Notes under the pieces: model-generated
Seen by the model: the letters and a program-made list of their open reading frames with translations, nothing else
What the model was told of the DNA's origin: nothing
The model's database searches: none
In this document: in pieces, positions 48,859-61,200 of the stretch
Numbering within the stretch: position 1 is the stretch's first letter
Layout: every line of letters starts with the position of its first letter
Position numbers and translations under genes: made by a program
Source of the DNA: Zancudomyces culisetae HAW-14-8
Lineage: Eukaryota > Fungi > Kickxellomycota
Length of the DNA: 64,000 nt
NCBI GenBank assembly: GCA_052426225.1
Contig: JBNJNM010000015.1
Span: 1,612,001 to 1,676,000, forward strand
Reading direction: 5' to 3'

Positions 48859-51779
48859 ATGAATAACAGGCGAGTGATGAGCGTAGAGATAGAGGAGGAA
48901 GAAATTGGGCTGTTTACAAGTATAGAAAACACCTATTTGCCGCTTGAAAGCGAGGCGGCTTTGGGAAATGAAGATGCATTTGAATTAAAAGAAATGAAAG
49001 GATTTGAAAAGATCAAAAAATACATTGAGATATGTAGCGAAAGGTAATATAATGTCTGTTTTTAATTCATCATTTGGTTGTTTGTGCCGTATACGCTAAT
49101 TTAATTGTTATTTAGAAGGAAACTTCAACTGCAATTTTAAAATAAAAATCCTTGATACAAATAGAGAGAGATTTTATCTGGAGGAGTTTAGGAAGAGTAG
49201 ACAGAAATATTATATCGAGAAGCAGATAGTATGGAGAGCCGAAAGAGAGACTTGGGAGCTAACAGAACTATTATACCAGCAAAGAAATGAAAAGAGGAGT
49301 AAAGATACCGAGATGCAAATTGTGGACGAAACGACAGCTAACAAAACAGATTTTGATAAGGTTCAAGCGATTATCGAGCTGCACCCCACAATAAGGGAGA
49401 ATATTGTAAGAAACAATGTTTTGAATGATTAATAGAGCATGATATGGGAGGATCATGCAAACAATTCAGAATTTTATTTAACCAAAATGAAAAATACATC
49501 CTAGGTTGTTAGGAGTTGGCTGGAGAAAATTGAACGAGAACGATCAGATTCAGAGCTGGAAAATGAAGAGGTACTCTAAAATTTTTAATGGGGGCTTCTG
49601 GGTGTATTTAGTTACACATAACAAGAAAGTAGGAGTAAATGTTAATTTTGTAAATGTATATAGGATAAAACAGAGGGATATTTGGAAAAGGTATATAGAT
49701 GGATACGAAAAGGCGATCTGGCCAAGGCCGTACAAGTGTGCATAAATAACAATGAGTATTGGAGAGCTTCTAGTATTAGGGGAGGGTTATACTACCGAAA
49801 AAATGCAAACGAAAAAGAAAGAGGAGAGCTAGCTGGGGGAAATATGTGTGAAGACGGCGGAAATATTAATCGAGGGTTGTGGTTAGAGTCATGTGTTGGC
49901 CAGGCGAGAGATGGTAATGCAGATAAGTATGAGCGGGCAATATATGGCGTTCTTGTTGGTAGCATGTCCGAAGCTTTGGAAGTGAGTACAAGCTGGGAAG
50001 ATCGAATATGGGTAGAAACTAGCGCGATGATTGAAGGTGAGATTAACGAAGGGCTGGGAATGAGACTAGCAGGACTAGGGGCGCCAAGGTCATACAAGGA
50101 GATATTCGACAGGAACAATGGACAGATGGTTTACTACAGCAAGGAGTTTAGTTTTAATGAGATTCAAAAGCATCTTATTGAGAACAGCCTAAATAGCTAC
50201 ATTGCAAATATTAGTAGTAAAATAAAGGATGGGTAAGCTCAAATTGAAAATATGTATTCTGGCATATTAAAATTTTAATGATTGTATCAATCGAACGCAA
50301 AATAGGAATATTGGAAGCCATCATCTAAGATTTTTGGCAGATCTGGTACTTGTTAGCAGAGAAACAGAACAACAAATAGATGAACTCTGTGTCGACACAA
50401 TATTAAGCGGATATGTACAGCTACTTGGGGATAAAGAGAGTCAGCACGGCAAAGTGGCGGTTTATGCGAGCAAACTTCCATCTCCATTGTCTGAGAGGAT
50501 ATATATAGAGTTTCTATGTAAATGCAATCTTGGGGTAGCAGAAGAACGCAGAGAATATATAGATTATGCAGAACTTCAAGGTTTAGACGTTCACATGATT
50601 ATTAAAGGAGTGTATAAGCAAGCAATGGCATTATTAAATGAGTGTGGACCTGAGTTTGAAGATTTAGACAGCTCGGCAGATGGTTTTGTATATACTGATG
50701 ATAAGCTGAGTGATATTGAAACAGAGTATATTTGGGTGTTAGGGTGGCTGACTTTGTACCCGCAGTTTTATTTTTATGCATTGGTAGCTGGAGTACAAAT
50801 GATTCGTGGGGCACTGGTGAAAGGAAGGATAAATATGGCTATAGCACTATTCAATTCTTTTCCAGACGATTTTATATTACCATTTTGGAAATATTGCTAT
50901 GAAAATGTGGATGTCACCTTGCCAGACGAAATGGATAAACTATTTTCGGTTCCAGTGTGTGCGATGGCGAAACTGTATGAATCTACCATGAATGATCTCT
51001 CACAAGAATCACAGCAGGACGGCAATGGTACGCACAATAATGGTGGTGAACACAGCGAGAGTTCGGACTTGGCATCGGATGTCCTTGGGTATGATTCTGC
51101 TACTGCTGATTGGCCAACTGGTTTGCTAGTTTGCTTCTACACCGAGTATCTGTATCTACTGAATCTATGCAACGGATATGCTTTGTACTGCGACTTTATG
51201 GGAACAAATTTGTACTATTTTGATAATGATGAAATCAACATCAATGAGAGTCTAAAGGAGCCGATTGCCGACCTGGTATCCAAAATTGAAGATTCGTTTA
51301 GAGTCGGCATTTTAGAAAAAGTTGTGAGAGATGATTGGCTCCTGCTATTTTCTACGCACTCATACTCACGTTATGATTTTAGTTTTGTATCACGTAGTGG
51401 TGATGGGCCTGCTGTAGCTACTAGCAGTAACGCTGATCAACGAAATTTGCTGGTTAGCTTTTATGTGCCCGACATTCTGTTCAAGCTGTTCAATCTGTAT
51501 TTTGAAGTGCGACATCTTCATCCCGAGTATATAACACGATGTATCAATCTTACACATTTGTTTTTGGGAAGTCCTGCGGAGAATGTACTGGTTCAATTGC
51601 TGAATGCAAAGTCAGCCAAGTATCCTGATGGTCGTGCTGGAGAGTTTACGGCGCTGATTAAAACAGCGTACTTTGAGCTACTGAAGTTTGAAGAGTTGGG
51701 ATATTATTCCTCGAACATTTCTGTGTTTTCGTCCAATCAGGCATTTTCATTTGATGATTTTGAGTTTGATTTGACATAA
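48859..51779 (+). CDS. NUP84: Nucleoporin Nup84/Nup107, multi-exon
   Basis: WRAERETWEL; VYRWIRKGDLAKAVQVC...WRASSIRGG; GNINRGLW; DKYERAIYGVLVG; SWEDRIW; HHLRFLA; VAVYASKL; YVPDILFKL. Confidence 0.88.
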
Positions 51780-53029
51780 ACCTTAGTGCTTTTTTTTCTA
51801 ATATATGGTAAATTAAGTGATTAGCTTTTTGTTTTTTTTAAAATAAACATTGGAAAGCAGATGGAGCAATAATATGTAAAAGGGCAAGATTGAGCCAGAT
51901 TTCGGGGTTGCAGTGCTGGAATTTGTCCGGATTGTTCGAGCCTTTCTAACTAAAACTTGGGAAATAAGGTTTTCGTTTATTTTTTTCTGTGGTTCCTAAA
52001 TCAACACCAACATTCCGCAACATCAGGCAATAAAATCAATACCTATTTTATTGGCCAGCTTTTAGGTTTTTATTTTATTTTATTTACTGTAGTTTGAGAG
52101 ATTTGGTTCACATTCTAGTAATTTTAAAAAAATGGTATGAAGAATACTCGATTCCTTTATTCAAGGCAAATGGTCAGAAATGAACTTTTTTTAAAAAAAA
52201 AATAATGGTTGGAAATAAAACACATTGCATAATTGAAATAAGCAATACTAGCGAATAACAATGGATTTCAGCACGTGATTAATAATACAAGTAGGCCATT
52301 TGCAGACAATGTTACAAGAAATGGGAATTGAGCAAATTACCTGCAAGTATTTTTATTTTTCTAAGGCCATTTGCAAAAATTTTGCTATCTCTCTACCATG
52401 TATTTCAAATGCCTTTTAAAAAAAATTCATACAGATTTCGAAATGACCACTGGAAAAAAAAATTAGAAAAGCGAGTTTTGGCAAGTTGGTATCAGCTTGA
52501 ATTAAGGGAAAAAAACTTATCAATTAAAAAAAAAAAGATACGGAGCGAAGACAATAAGTGTTATTGCTTAGCAGAATAGTCATTATTTTTTTTCCATAGA
52601 GATACACTTGCTGATACATTTCACATTTATTTGTATTTCTTATTTAAATCCACAAACAGTATACAATTGTATTTGGTTTGAATCGAGATTTGCAAAAGTA
52701 AAATTTTTTTTTACTAGTGCTTGTATTTAATCAGAAGGATTTAGCGTTTTGATCAAAAGACAGTCAAAACATAGTGTGAGTAGAAATTACATTGGATAAG
52801 CTGAAAATACGAGGATATCGAATTACCAAGAACTATTTCAGAGCAACACAGATTTTGCCAAGGGATTAGAAATACAATACTTTTGAAGAAACACCTGTCC
52901 GTTTTTGTTTTTTTTTGTCTTGGTATTTTTGAAAAAATATTAGGAACTAACAAACCGCAATAGTACATACAGAACGCTGACTTGTTTTACACCACCAATA
53001 TCGGTACATACAAACAGATACAAGTAAAA

Positions 53030-55363
53030 ATGCTGGGACGTAAATACGGTATATATGATAGTGGTGTTGAAAATAATGTGTTTGCAGATGACTGTGCAAG
53101 GATACTAGAACAACTCAAAAGCACAAAGAAACTAGTGCAGGATCTAAAGGCGTACGGCAGGAGCAAATATTCGATTAGCTATCCTATAGAATCGCTGGGA
53201 TCAAGACTGTTTAGCTTTGGAAACGATGCTACACGATCAAACTCGGTAATAGGTGTGGACGGAGAAGACCAGTTCGGGCGGTCAGAAACCAGAGAGAGAA
53301 GAGCAAGCAGTGTGATTGGGGTGCAAGATGACAGCGAGATATATCTTGCAGAGAATGGGGGGCGGTTGAAGGTGTTGAGGGTAGATTTACGACAGCCACA
53401 AGGTACAGACATTATGGGAAGCTTAGAGCAGGCATCGATGTCGAGATTGTTGGACGAGAGTTTCGAGAAGAGTGAGCGGCATTTAGAAAAGCTGCAACAG
53501 CGCGTGGCGGACAAAAGCTCAAAGATACTGGTGACGGGTGATCTCAATGCAGGAAAAAGTACGCTGGTGAATGCGCTAATACGGAGAAACGTGTTACCAT
53601 CGGATCAGCAGCCTTGTACAATGGTATTTTGCGAGGTGCTGGATGCAAGCAAGAACAAAGGACGCGAGGAAATACACGGAGTCTTTGATTTGGATAGATA
53701 CGACCCACAGAACCCTGCAACATACCACGTGATAGCACAAGACGAGTTGGAGGACACGGTGCTCGACAATGTCAATATGTACCAGCAGCTCAAGATTTTC
53801 ACGCGTGACAATGTTGACAAGCAAGATAGCCTGTTGAGTAACGGAGTAGTTGATATTTCATTGATTGACTCGCCAGGACTGAATCGCGACTCGCTCAAGA
53901 CAACGCAACTATTTGCACGACAGGAGGAAATTGATGTGGTTGTGTTTGTAGTGAATGCCGAGAATCATTTTACGCTGTCAGGACAGGAGTTTTTGGCGAG
54001 TGCGGGCAAAGAGAAGGCGCACATTTTTACTGTGGTTAACCGGTTTGATGCGATCAAGCGTAAGGATAAATGTCGACGTATGATTATGGACCAGATTAAA
54101 GAGCTTTCTGCGGAGACGTATGATGAAGCAGAAAATCTGGTACATTTTGTCAGTGCGAAAAATTTGGTTGTTGACGGATCAGCTAAACCCAGTCCTGAAT
54201 TCGCGCTGATGGAGAAAAAACTCCGGTGGTGGACGCTTGGCCAGCGGTTTAAATCCAAACTTGCACCAGCCCAGCGGTACATGCTGAATCTGCTATCTGA
54301 TTTATATTTGATTTCTGCTGAAAACATCGAGTTGGCTGCTAAAAAGATTCAGGAAATCAACTCTGTCCTGCGCTCAGACATGCCTAAATATGAAAATTTG
54401 CTAGATAAACGTGCAAATGCGGTAAAGTCAATTGAATCGATGGTTGAAGAGTCACAAGAAAAAGTTAGAACTTATACCGCAGACTTTCTTTCTACCTCTA
54501 TTGGCAACCTTGATGCTGCTGGAGACAGCGTTGAGTGGCCTGGCTTGTTCAACTGTTACTACTACGCTGAAAACGTCTTTCTCTCTAACGTCAACTATCT
54601 CTATTCTCAAATCTCTGAATCAGAAAACTTTGCCCGTTTTGTCATCAACTCCTCGGCAAACTCTCTAGTTTCTCTTGACCAACAGCGGAGATCCCTTGAA
54701 TCTGATTCTTCTGATATTCCATCTCTTTCCTCCGACATTGTCGACTCCCAGCTTGCCTCTCTCGCCTTCTCTCACTCACATTCCATTTCTCCTTTCCTTG
54801 ATGCCTTTTCCATCCAACTCTCCGATTTTATTGACCTTGAAAAGTTCAAGTTTAAACTTCCCACATCTATAACTCTTACTGCTTCCTCCTTTGTAGTTCT
54901 ATCAAACTCCACCCTTCTCTCCAACTTTGTTACTCTATTTAGATTCTCCTCGAACTACATTCCCCTCTCTCCCAACTCCTCCTCCTCCGTTTCCAAATTT
55001 GTCCTCTTCTCTGCTGGCTGCATTGGTCTTGGGTCCATTCTCTACATGCTCTACGAGGTTGACCATACCATCAAACACAACATTTCTTCTCGTCTCAAGG
55101 CTGGCTTACATGCCGAAAAATTTGCCGATACCCATGCAAATCGTTTGGCCACTGAAACTTGCCGCGCTATCAGCCCTTTTGCTTGGCGTTTGCAAAACAG
55201 TTTTCAGCGTATGGTAGAAGCTGAAGAGTTGAAACGTGCTGATCATTTACGTTCAAGACACCTTTCTCAAGATGCTCAGATATATTTCGATGATCTCAAA
55301 ACGCGTGTCTTTGAGTTAGTTTCGTCAATTCGCTCTGTTAATTCTTCTGCCAAATTTATCTAG
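53030..55363 (+). CDS. FZO1: Mitofusin Fzo1 (mitochondrial fusion GTPase)
   Basis: LKVLRVDL; RVADKSSKILVTGDLNAGKSTLVNAL; LPSDQQPCT; NGVVDISLIDSPGLNRDSLKTT...RQEEIDVVVFVVNAENHFTLS; VNRFD; VHFVS; hydrophobic C-terminal segments. First ATG at 53030. Confidence 0.95.
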   Translation: MLGRKYGIYDSGVENNVFADDCARILEQLKSTKKLVQDLKAYGRSKYSISYPIESLGSRLFSFGNDATRSNSVIGVDGEDQFGRSETRERRASSVIGVQDDSEIYLAENGGRLKVLRVDLRQPQGTDIMGSLEQASMSRLLDESFEKSERHLEKLQQRVADKSSKILVTGDLNAGKSTLVNALIRRNVLPSDQQPCTMVFCEVLDASKNKGREEIHGVFDLDRYDPQNPATYHVIAQDELEDTVLDNVNMYQQLKIFTRDNVDKQDSLLSNGVVDISLIDSPGLNRDSLKTTQLFARQEEIDVVVFVVNAENHFTLSGQEFLASAGKEKAHIFTVVNRFDAIKRKDKCRRMIMDQIKELSAETYDEAENLVHFVSAKNLVVDGSAKPSPEFALMEKKLRWWTLGQRFKSKLAPAQRYMLNLLSDLYLISAENIELAAKKIQEINSVLRSDMPKYENLLDKRANAVKSIESMVEESQEKVRTYTADFLSTSIGNLDAAGDSVEWPGLFNCYYYAENVFLSNVNYLYSQISESENFARFVINSSANSLVSLDQQRRSLESDSSDIPSLSSDIVDSQLASLAFSHSHSISPFLDAFSIQLSDFIDLEKFKFKLPTSITLTASSFVVLSNSTLLSNFVTLFRFSSNYIPLSPNSSSSVSKFVLFSAGCIGLGSILYMLYEVDHTIKHNISSRLKAGLHAEKFADTHANRLATETCRAISPFAWRLQNSFQRMVEAEELKRADHLRSRHLSQDAQIYFDDLKTRVFELVSSIRSVNSSAKFI

Positions 55364-55821
55364 TTTTTATATCAGCTTTTATGTTCATGGCTTGCTTTTA
55401 TTTTTTCTTTATCTTTCTTGTTTTTGCATTGAAAATAATACACCAACTTGTGGCTTCGTTCACATTTACTACTATTATTTTTTTCTTTTTACACAACTTT
55501 ATGTTTTCTTGAAACAAAATGGAAGTCAAACATTAAAGCTAGTGAGAGCAAGTAAAGCATAAAAGAAAAGTCAACTTTCAACTAAAAACTTTTGTCTTAT
55601 CATATGTACCAAGCTTTCCAAGTCACAGAATGTGTGAAATAAATATTTTTAACAGCTCTTGAGTGTTCGTGTGTCAATCTGTATTATTGCTAATTCGTCT
55701 TAATATATCCTTGAGAAAAGGTGTAAAGTAAGTGTGAAGCTAAAGTGAATTTAATTAGTCAAAAATTATAGGAACTAAAAAAAGAAGAAAGAACGGAGAA
55801 AAAAAAAATAGAATATGACTT

Positions 55822-58245
55822 CTAATGAGAAATGTCAAATGTGTTGGATAGAGGATCAAAATCAACACTAAAGCAGAAGCGTACCTTCATGCCTGGGTAG
55901 TTGCTACATGTTGTACCTGTTGGGGCCTTAGCAACTTGCCATTGGCTCTTGGAGTCACAGACGTAGAAGATGCTGTAATCGTGTGGCTCACATTGCATGT
56001 CTCCAGGTGTACATACAGGTGGTACAGAGACACCGTTGGTTGGTGGGCATGTTGGTGGTGGTGGACATGTTGTTGGTGGTGGGTTCACTGGTGGTCTTGG
56101 AATGACAATGCTTGGCTCTGGTGCTGGTGGTGATGGTTTTGGTCTTGGAATGACAACGCTTGGCTCTGGTGCTGGTGGTGATGGTGTTGGCCTTGGAATA
56201 ACAATGCTTGGTTCTGGTGCTGGTGGTGATGGTCTTGGAATGACAATGCTTGGTTCTGGTGCTGGTGGTGTTGGTCTTGGAATGACAACACTTGGTTCTA
56301 CTGATGGGCTCAATGGTAGCACTGGAACAGTGCTTGGTGCTGGTGATGGTGGTGGTGTTGGAAGAACAACACTTGGCTCTGGTGATGGAACCTCAATGGT
56401 GGGTATGGGTCTTGTAGGATAGACTGGTGGTGGTCTTGTGGGGTAGACCGGTGGTGGTGGTGGTGGCATTGTGGTGGGTACAACACTTGTTGATGTCTTT
56501 GGCCTGGTTTTGGTTCTGGTGATAACCATTGTTGATGTGGACTGAATTACCGAAGTGATAGTTTCACCCTCATCGGTTTCCTCAGGAGTCGAAACTGGTG
56601 GTGTGGAAACTGGTGTTGTATAAGCTGGTGGTGTGGAAACTGATGGCGTGCTCTCTACTTCGCTGCTTGCTTCAACAGTTGGCTCGGTTGTCGTAGATTC
56701 TTTAGTTTCAGTACATTCTTTAGTGGAGCTGGTGACTGATGAGGCATCAACAGTTGGCTCGGTTGATTCTTCGGTAGACTCAGTTGATTCTTCGGTAGAC
56801 TCAGTTGATTCCTCAGTTGATTCCTCGGTTGACTCAGTCGATTCCTCAGTTGATTCTTCAGTAGACTCAGTTGATTCAGTTGATTCCTCAGTTGATTCTT
56901 CAGTAGACTCAGTTGATTCAGTTGATTCCTCAGTTGATTCTTCAGTTGTTGTAGATTCTTTGGTTTCAGTACATTCTGTAGTGGAGCTAGTGACTGATGA
57001 GGCATCAACAGTTGGCTCGGTCGATTCTTCAGTAGACTCAGTTGATTCCTCAGTAGACTCAGTTGATTCCTCGGTTGATTCAGTCGATTCCTCAGTTGAT
57101 TCTTCAGTAGACTCAGTCGATTCCTCAGTTGATTCTTCAGTAGACTCAGTCGATTCCTCAGTTGATTCTTCAGTAGACTCAGTTGATTCTTCAGTTGACT
57201 CAGTTGATTCCTCGGTTGACTCAGTCGATTCCTCAGTTGATTCTTCAGTAGACTCAGTTGATTCAGTTGATTCAGTTGATTCCTCAGTTGATTCTTCAGT
57301 TGACTCAGTTGATTCTTCAGTTGTTGTAGATTCTTTGGTTTCAGTACATTCTGTAGTGGAGCTAGTGACTGATGAGGCATCAACAGTTGTCTCAGTTGAT
57401 GTTGATTCCTCGGTACAATCATCAGTTGATTCAGTTGATGTTGATTCCTCGGTACAATCGTCGGATGAACTCGAGTCAGTTGAAGCATCCACTGTTGGTG
57501 TAGATTCGGATGTAATGACTACAGTAGAAGTAGAAACATCAGTCTCACATGATGTAGTCTCTTCGGATGATGTAGTTTCTTCAGAGGATGTAGTTTCTTC
57601 AGAGGATGTAGTTTCCTCAGAGGATGTAGTTTCCTCAGAGGATGTGGTTTCCTCAGAGGATGTGGTTTCCTCAGAGGATGTAGTTTCCTCAGATGATGTG
57701 GTTTCCTCAGAGGATGTGGTTTCCTCAGAGGATGTGGTTTCTTCAGAGGATGTAGTTTCCTCAGAGGATGTAGTCTCTTCAGAAGATGGTGATTCTTCAG
57801 AAGATGTGGTTTCTTCAGAGGATGTAGTTTCCTCAGAAGTCGATGAGCTGCTTGACTCTGATGAAGGTTCAACAGTTGGCTCGGTTGAGGTTGAGGTATT
57901 TGCACAAGCGCTTGATGGTGGTGTCATGGTTGTTGTGAGTGTCATGACTGTTTGAGTACCATAGCCAAGCACGGTGGTAGTATAGATGCTTACCACTGGT
58001 TCACAATCTGTAAACGTGACAGTTGGCGAGTAAGAAGCAGCCGAGTAGGCGTAGCTTCTCTTTTGTCTCGAAGACCTACCGGCTTTTCTATTGACAGGTC
58101 TGGCATATGCTCCGTTTACTACACTCTTATGTGCAGCACCACTGGCCCAGCGTTCCTGGTCCAGTTTACCTTGCTCAGCACCCAATACTGAAGTAGCTCC
58201 AAACAAAGTGGAGTACAAAATCAATGATATTCCTAAGACTTTCAT
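55822..58245 (-). CDS. Secreted mucin-like Ser/Thr/Glu- and Pro-rich repeat protein with C-terminal Cys-rich (CBM19-like) domain
   Basis: Signal peptide MKVLGISLILYSTLFGATSVLG; Kex2-type RQKR; SSEETT, ESTE and PAPEPSIVIPRP repeats; terminal CTPGDMQC...FYVCD...W...PTGTTC...C. Confidence 0.8.
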   Translation of the reverse strand: MKVLGISLILYSTLFGATSVLGAEQGKLDQERWASGAAHKSVVNGAYARPVNRKAGRSSRQKRSYAYSAASYSPTVTFTDCEPVVSIYTTTVLGYGTQTVMTLTTTMTPPSSACANTSTSTEPTVEPSSESSSSSTSEETTSSEETTSSEESPSSEETTSSEETTSSEETTSSEETTSSEETTSSEETTSSEETTSSEETTSSEETTSSEETTSSEETTSSEETTSSEETTSCETDVSTSTVVITSESTPTVDASTDSSSSDDCTEESTSTESTDDCTEESTSTETTVDASSVTSSTTECTETKESTTTEESTESTEESTEESTESTESTESTEESTEESTESTEESTESTEESTESTEESTEESTESTEESTEESTESTEESTEESTESTEESTESTEESTESTEESTEPTVDASSVTSSTTECTETKESTTTEESTEESTESTESTEESTEESTESTESTEESTEESTESTEESTEESTESTEESTESTEESTEPTVDASSVTSSTKECTETKESTTTEPTVEASSEVESTPSVSTPPAYTTPVSTPPVSTPEETDEGETITSVIQSTSTMVITRTKTRPKTSTSVVPTTMPPPPPPVYPTRPPPVYPTRPIPTIEVPSPEPSVVLPTPPPSPAPSTVPVLPLSPSVEPSVVIPRPTPPAPEPSIVIPRPSPPAPEPSIVIPRPTPSPPAPEPSVVIPRPKPSPPAPEPSIVIPRPPVNPPPTTCPPPPTCPPTNGVSVPPVCTPGDMQCEPHDYSIFYVCDSKSQWQVAKAPTGTTCSNYPGMKVRFCFSVDFDPLSNTFDISH
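56092..56400 (-). repeat. Coding Pro-rich repeat (P-A-P-E-P-S-I/V-V-I-P-R-P), about 6 degenerate copies
   Basis: Repeated cttggaatgacaa(t/c)gcttgg(c/t)tctggtgctggtggt on the + strand. Confidence 0.9.
56689..57390 (-). repeat. Coding Glu/Ser/Thr repeat array (9- and 12-bp units) with three copies of a ~72-bp spacer (TVDASSVTSSTTECTETKESTTT)
   Basis: ctcagttgattc / gattcttcagtagactca units; the spacer recurs near 56689, 56946 and 57321. Confidence 0.92.
57551..57838 (-). repeat. Coding 18-bp minisatellite (SSEETT), about 16 copies
   Basis: Tandem gaggatgt(a/g)gtttc(c/t)tca units. Confidence 0.93.
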
Positions 58246-61200
58246 TTCCAAATATCCGTTCTTTTTTGTTTTTCTTAACAGTAGTACGGCGGTCCTTAAT
58301 GAGTTGTAATGATAAACGTGATCAATAATAAAAAAATGTCTTTTTAGTGATGATTTTTTTTCCTAGCCGCTTTCTAAATATTGAAGATACAGCTGTTACT
58401 CTATGCTAAGAGTTCTCTTGTAGACTTCGAATTTCACTAGGTTATGCGTCCTTTGGCTTGCTATCTTGATTTACCTCCCTTGGTTTATTTGTGAGTGTAT
58501 GAGGTATCAAGGGGATGAATTGTTAAATAATGTATAAAATTGCGATGATGTGCGGGTGCGAAGATATGAAAGGATATATCAGCTAATAAATACAAAAAAT
58601 TTTGCGAAAAAAAGGAATTAATGATGGATTGATGAGAATCTGGATTTAGCTTTCTTTTAAGTTACCCTTTTATCTGTTCTAAATTTAACTAAATAAATTC
58701 CTTTTTAAAGTATCTTTTTAATAATCGACACTTTGCGTTTCACTAATTAGATGATACTTTGTGTAAGAAAGTCGGCTAATAATAATATACCCAACTATTC
58801 GATTTCTATTTTTACATTTAATAGACTTCATTCCTGCATCCGGGATGGTAATTACGTTAAAAATCTATTATTATAACACTCTCATTTTGTATATTTGTAA
58901 TCTGTACAACTTTATAAATAGTACAATATACTTCATTATATAATATTTTTTATTTCAACCTGTAGACTTAAAGTTATTATTTTTACCAAATACGAATAAC
59001 AACAATCCCCTTCAATAGATTATTCACAAAGTAGAAAACCGGCATTATAGTTAAATAGAAAAAAAGTATTTTAAAAATTATTTGAAATATCGGGAAAAAA
59101 AAAACACCTACCATTTCACATATAGAAACCAACAGGTTCATGTCCATGATTCTTGATATTCTATTGTCACCTAGCTGGTGAACCGTTTTAAGAAATATGA
59201 CGATTATTTCAGTTTTTCCTGTGGTTATTCAAGAAAAAGGCATTTGTTACGTTAACATTTATAATGAACGCTGGCAATGGTACCATTTCATATATGGTTA
59301 AACCACTAACTCCAACTACCACAATTTGCTTGGGTCAGGTGGGGAGAAGGAATTATATTTTACCCCTTTCTAAAAAAAAAGAATTTTTGAAAAATAATCC
59401 CGATCACTAAAGCTGAATACCCAATTCGGTGATTGCAATTACAAATCCACGTTTAATAAAACACCTCTTGTTACCACTAGCTAAACTTCTTGACCTTTTT
59501 TTTGAGAGGGAGAGGAAAAAGCCTCATTGGTAGAAGTCGCTGAACGAAGGAAGGAGTGTATAATTGTGATTCAGTGCACTGTGTAAGTCCTCATTCGAAA
59601 ACTGCCTAGGCACGCTTTTTACAGCCAAATGCCACTGAATAAAAAGTAAGCTACAACGCTTCAAATATGTTTGTTGGAGGTATTGAGCATTTCTAGTGTC
59701 ATTTTACTAACATGATCAAAAATCCCGTGAACAAGTTACAAATGTTGTGAAAGAATATATACTTCTCGCGTTTTTTGACACACGCAAAAATCATACAACT
59801 CTTTTCATCAATCCGTCACTTTTAGCAGACCACGCTCTGGCCAACTTTGAACCATTTTTAGGTGCACATATCTTTACAAATTCCACCATTTCTTTGCAAA
59901 AGTTGTGTTGTTCTAGTGCCTATTAAATCCACTTGTTTAAAAAATAAACGTAGTTGGTGCAAAATAAATTAAACAGGATATGGAATAGCCGAACCTACTA
60001 AGAGTGAACACAATATTATCACCAGTATTATCTGCTGATTAACCTAGGAATAGCTAGGGACGGCACCACTTCCAAATTTTCATCGGTTTGTAGTACATAT
60101 ATCTCTTCACTTCGCTTTGATATCAATATCGATGTTTTTAATTCTTACATTACTGCACTTATTCAATGTATACGAAACCTCAGCGTATTTATAATATTAA
60201 TTTGGTGGGGGGGGGGAGGCTAGCTTTGTGCATTTTAGAATGGTTTACAGATTATTGACAATTTAAGTTAGCATAAATTAGTAAATTGGAAAATAAAGCA
60301 ATTCAGTGCAAAACACCAATAAAAAAACAAAAAGGATTCCGGAGATTCGTCGAAAGTTTAATTCTATGCGACTTTGGATTCAGTAATATGAAAATAATCA
60401 CCCCCCCCCCATGAACTTACTGGGAATTGAGCATCATGGGATACTGGAAGATGCTAGAAATACTAAACAACTAATAGTGTCATTTTTATATCATTTGTAC
60501 ATTCTACTTCTCTCTTGTTAAACTGTATGTTGTTAGCAATTAGTTCATTTGATATTTACTTAATATATCGATTGATTTTTTTTGTTGGGAGCGAAGGGTT
60601 GGATTGCCTTTGGTTTACCATTAATTAATATTGTAATTCGGATTCACTTGCTTTAAAACTATCATTATGATTGAAATTTCTATTTAATTTGAATGGCAGA
60701 CGTACTTTTATTTATATAATACGCTTTTTATAACTCATGTTCAGTTTTTACTAAATCGCTGATTAAAAGCTACCACTAAATGATGTATCGAAGAATAATA
60801 TAGCTAAAAAAAGAGTGTTTACACAACGAGTAACTATGACTGCTATTTTGCATTAGTTATTTGAATACCCAAAATAAAAACTCCAGAGTAGCTACCAATC
60901 AAGAGTTTAAGGGCTGTAGTCTGAAGTAAGGCACTCAACATTCAGGATTCTTCAAAGCTGTCCAGTAAAATCTGCTTTCTTTTTGTTGATTCCGAAGAAA
61001 GAAATATAGAATTGATGGTGATTTGAAATTATTCAGGAAACTACTTAAAAAGCACATCCGAAAAAAGCTTTTAAATGATGAAAATTTGTTTCTGGTGTTA
61101 GAACAGAATCATCTCAATGACCAGAAATAAACCAAAAAAAGTGTCTATTTATAGTACTGGTGAAAGTAGCAAAAATTAGATACGTTTAAACTCCAAAACC

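Noticed and set aside
55650-55885. Possible extra intron at the 3' end of the mucin-like gene (AAG/GTACGC)
   Set aside because: The unspliced reading supplies the last Cys expected for the terminal domain and a nearby stop; there is no positive evidence for splicing.
56633-57955. 440-aa + strand ORF (VDSS repeats) and other alternative-frame ORFs over the mucin gene
   Set aside because: They are antisense or off-frame shadows of frame-preserving repeats; the - strand frame has the signal peptide and a coherent architecture.
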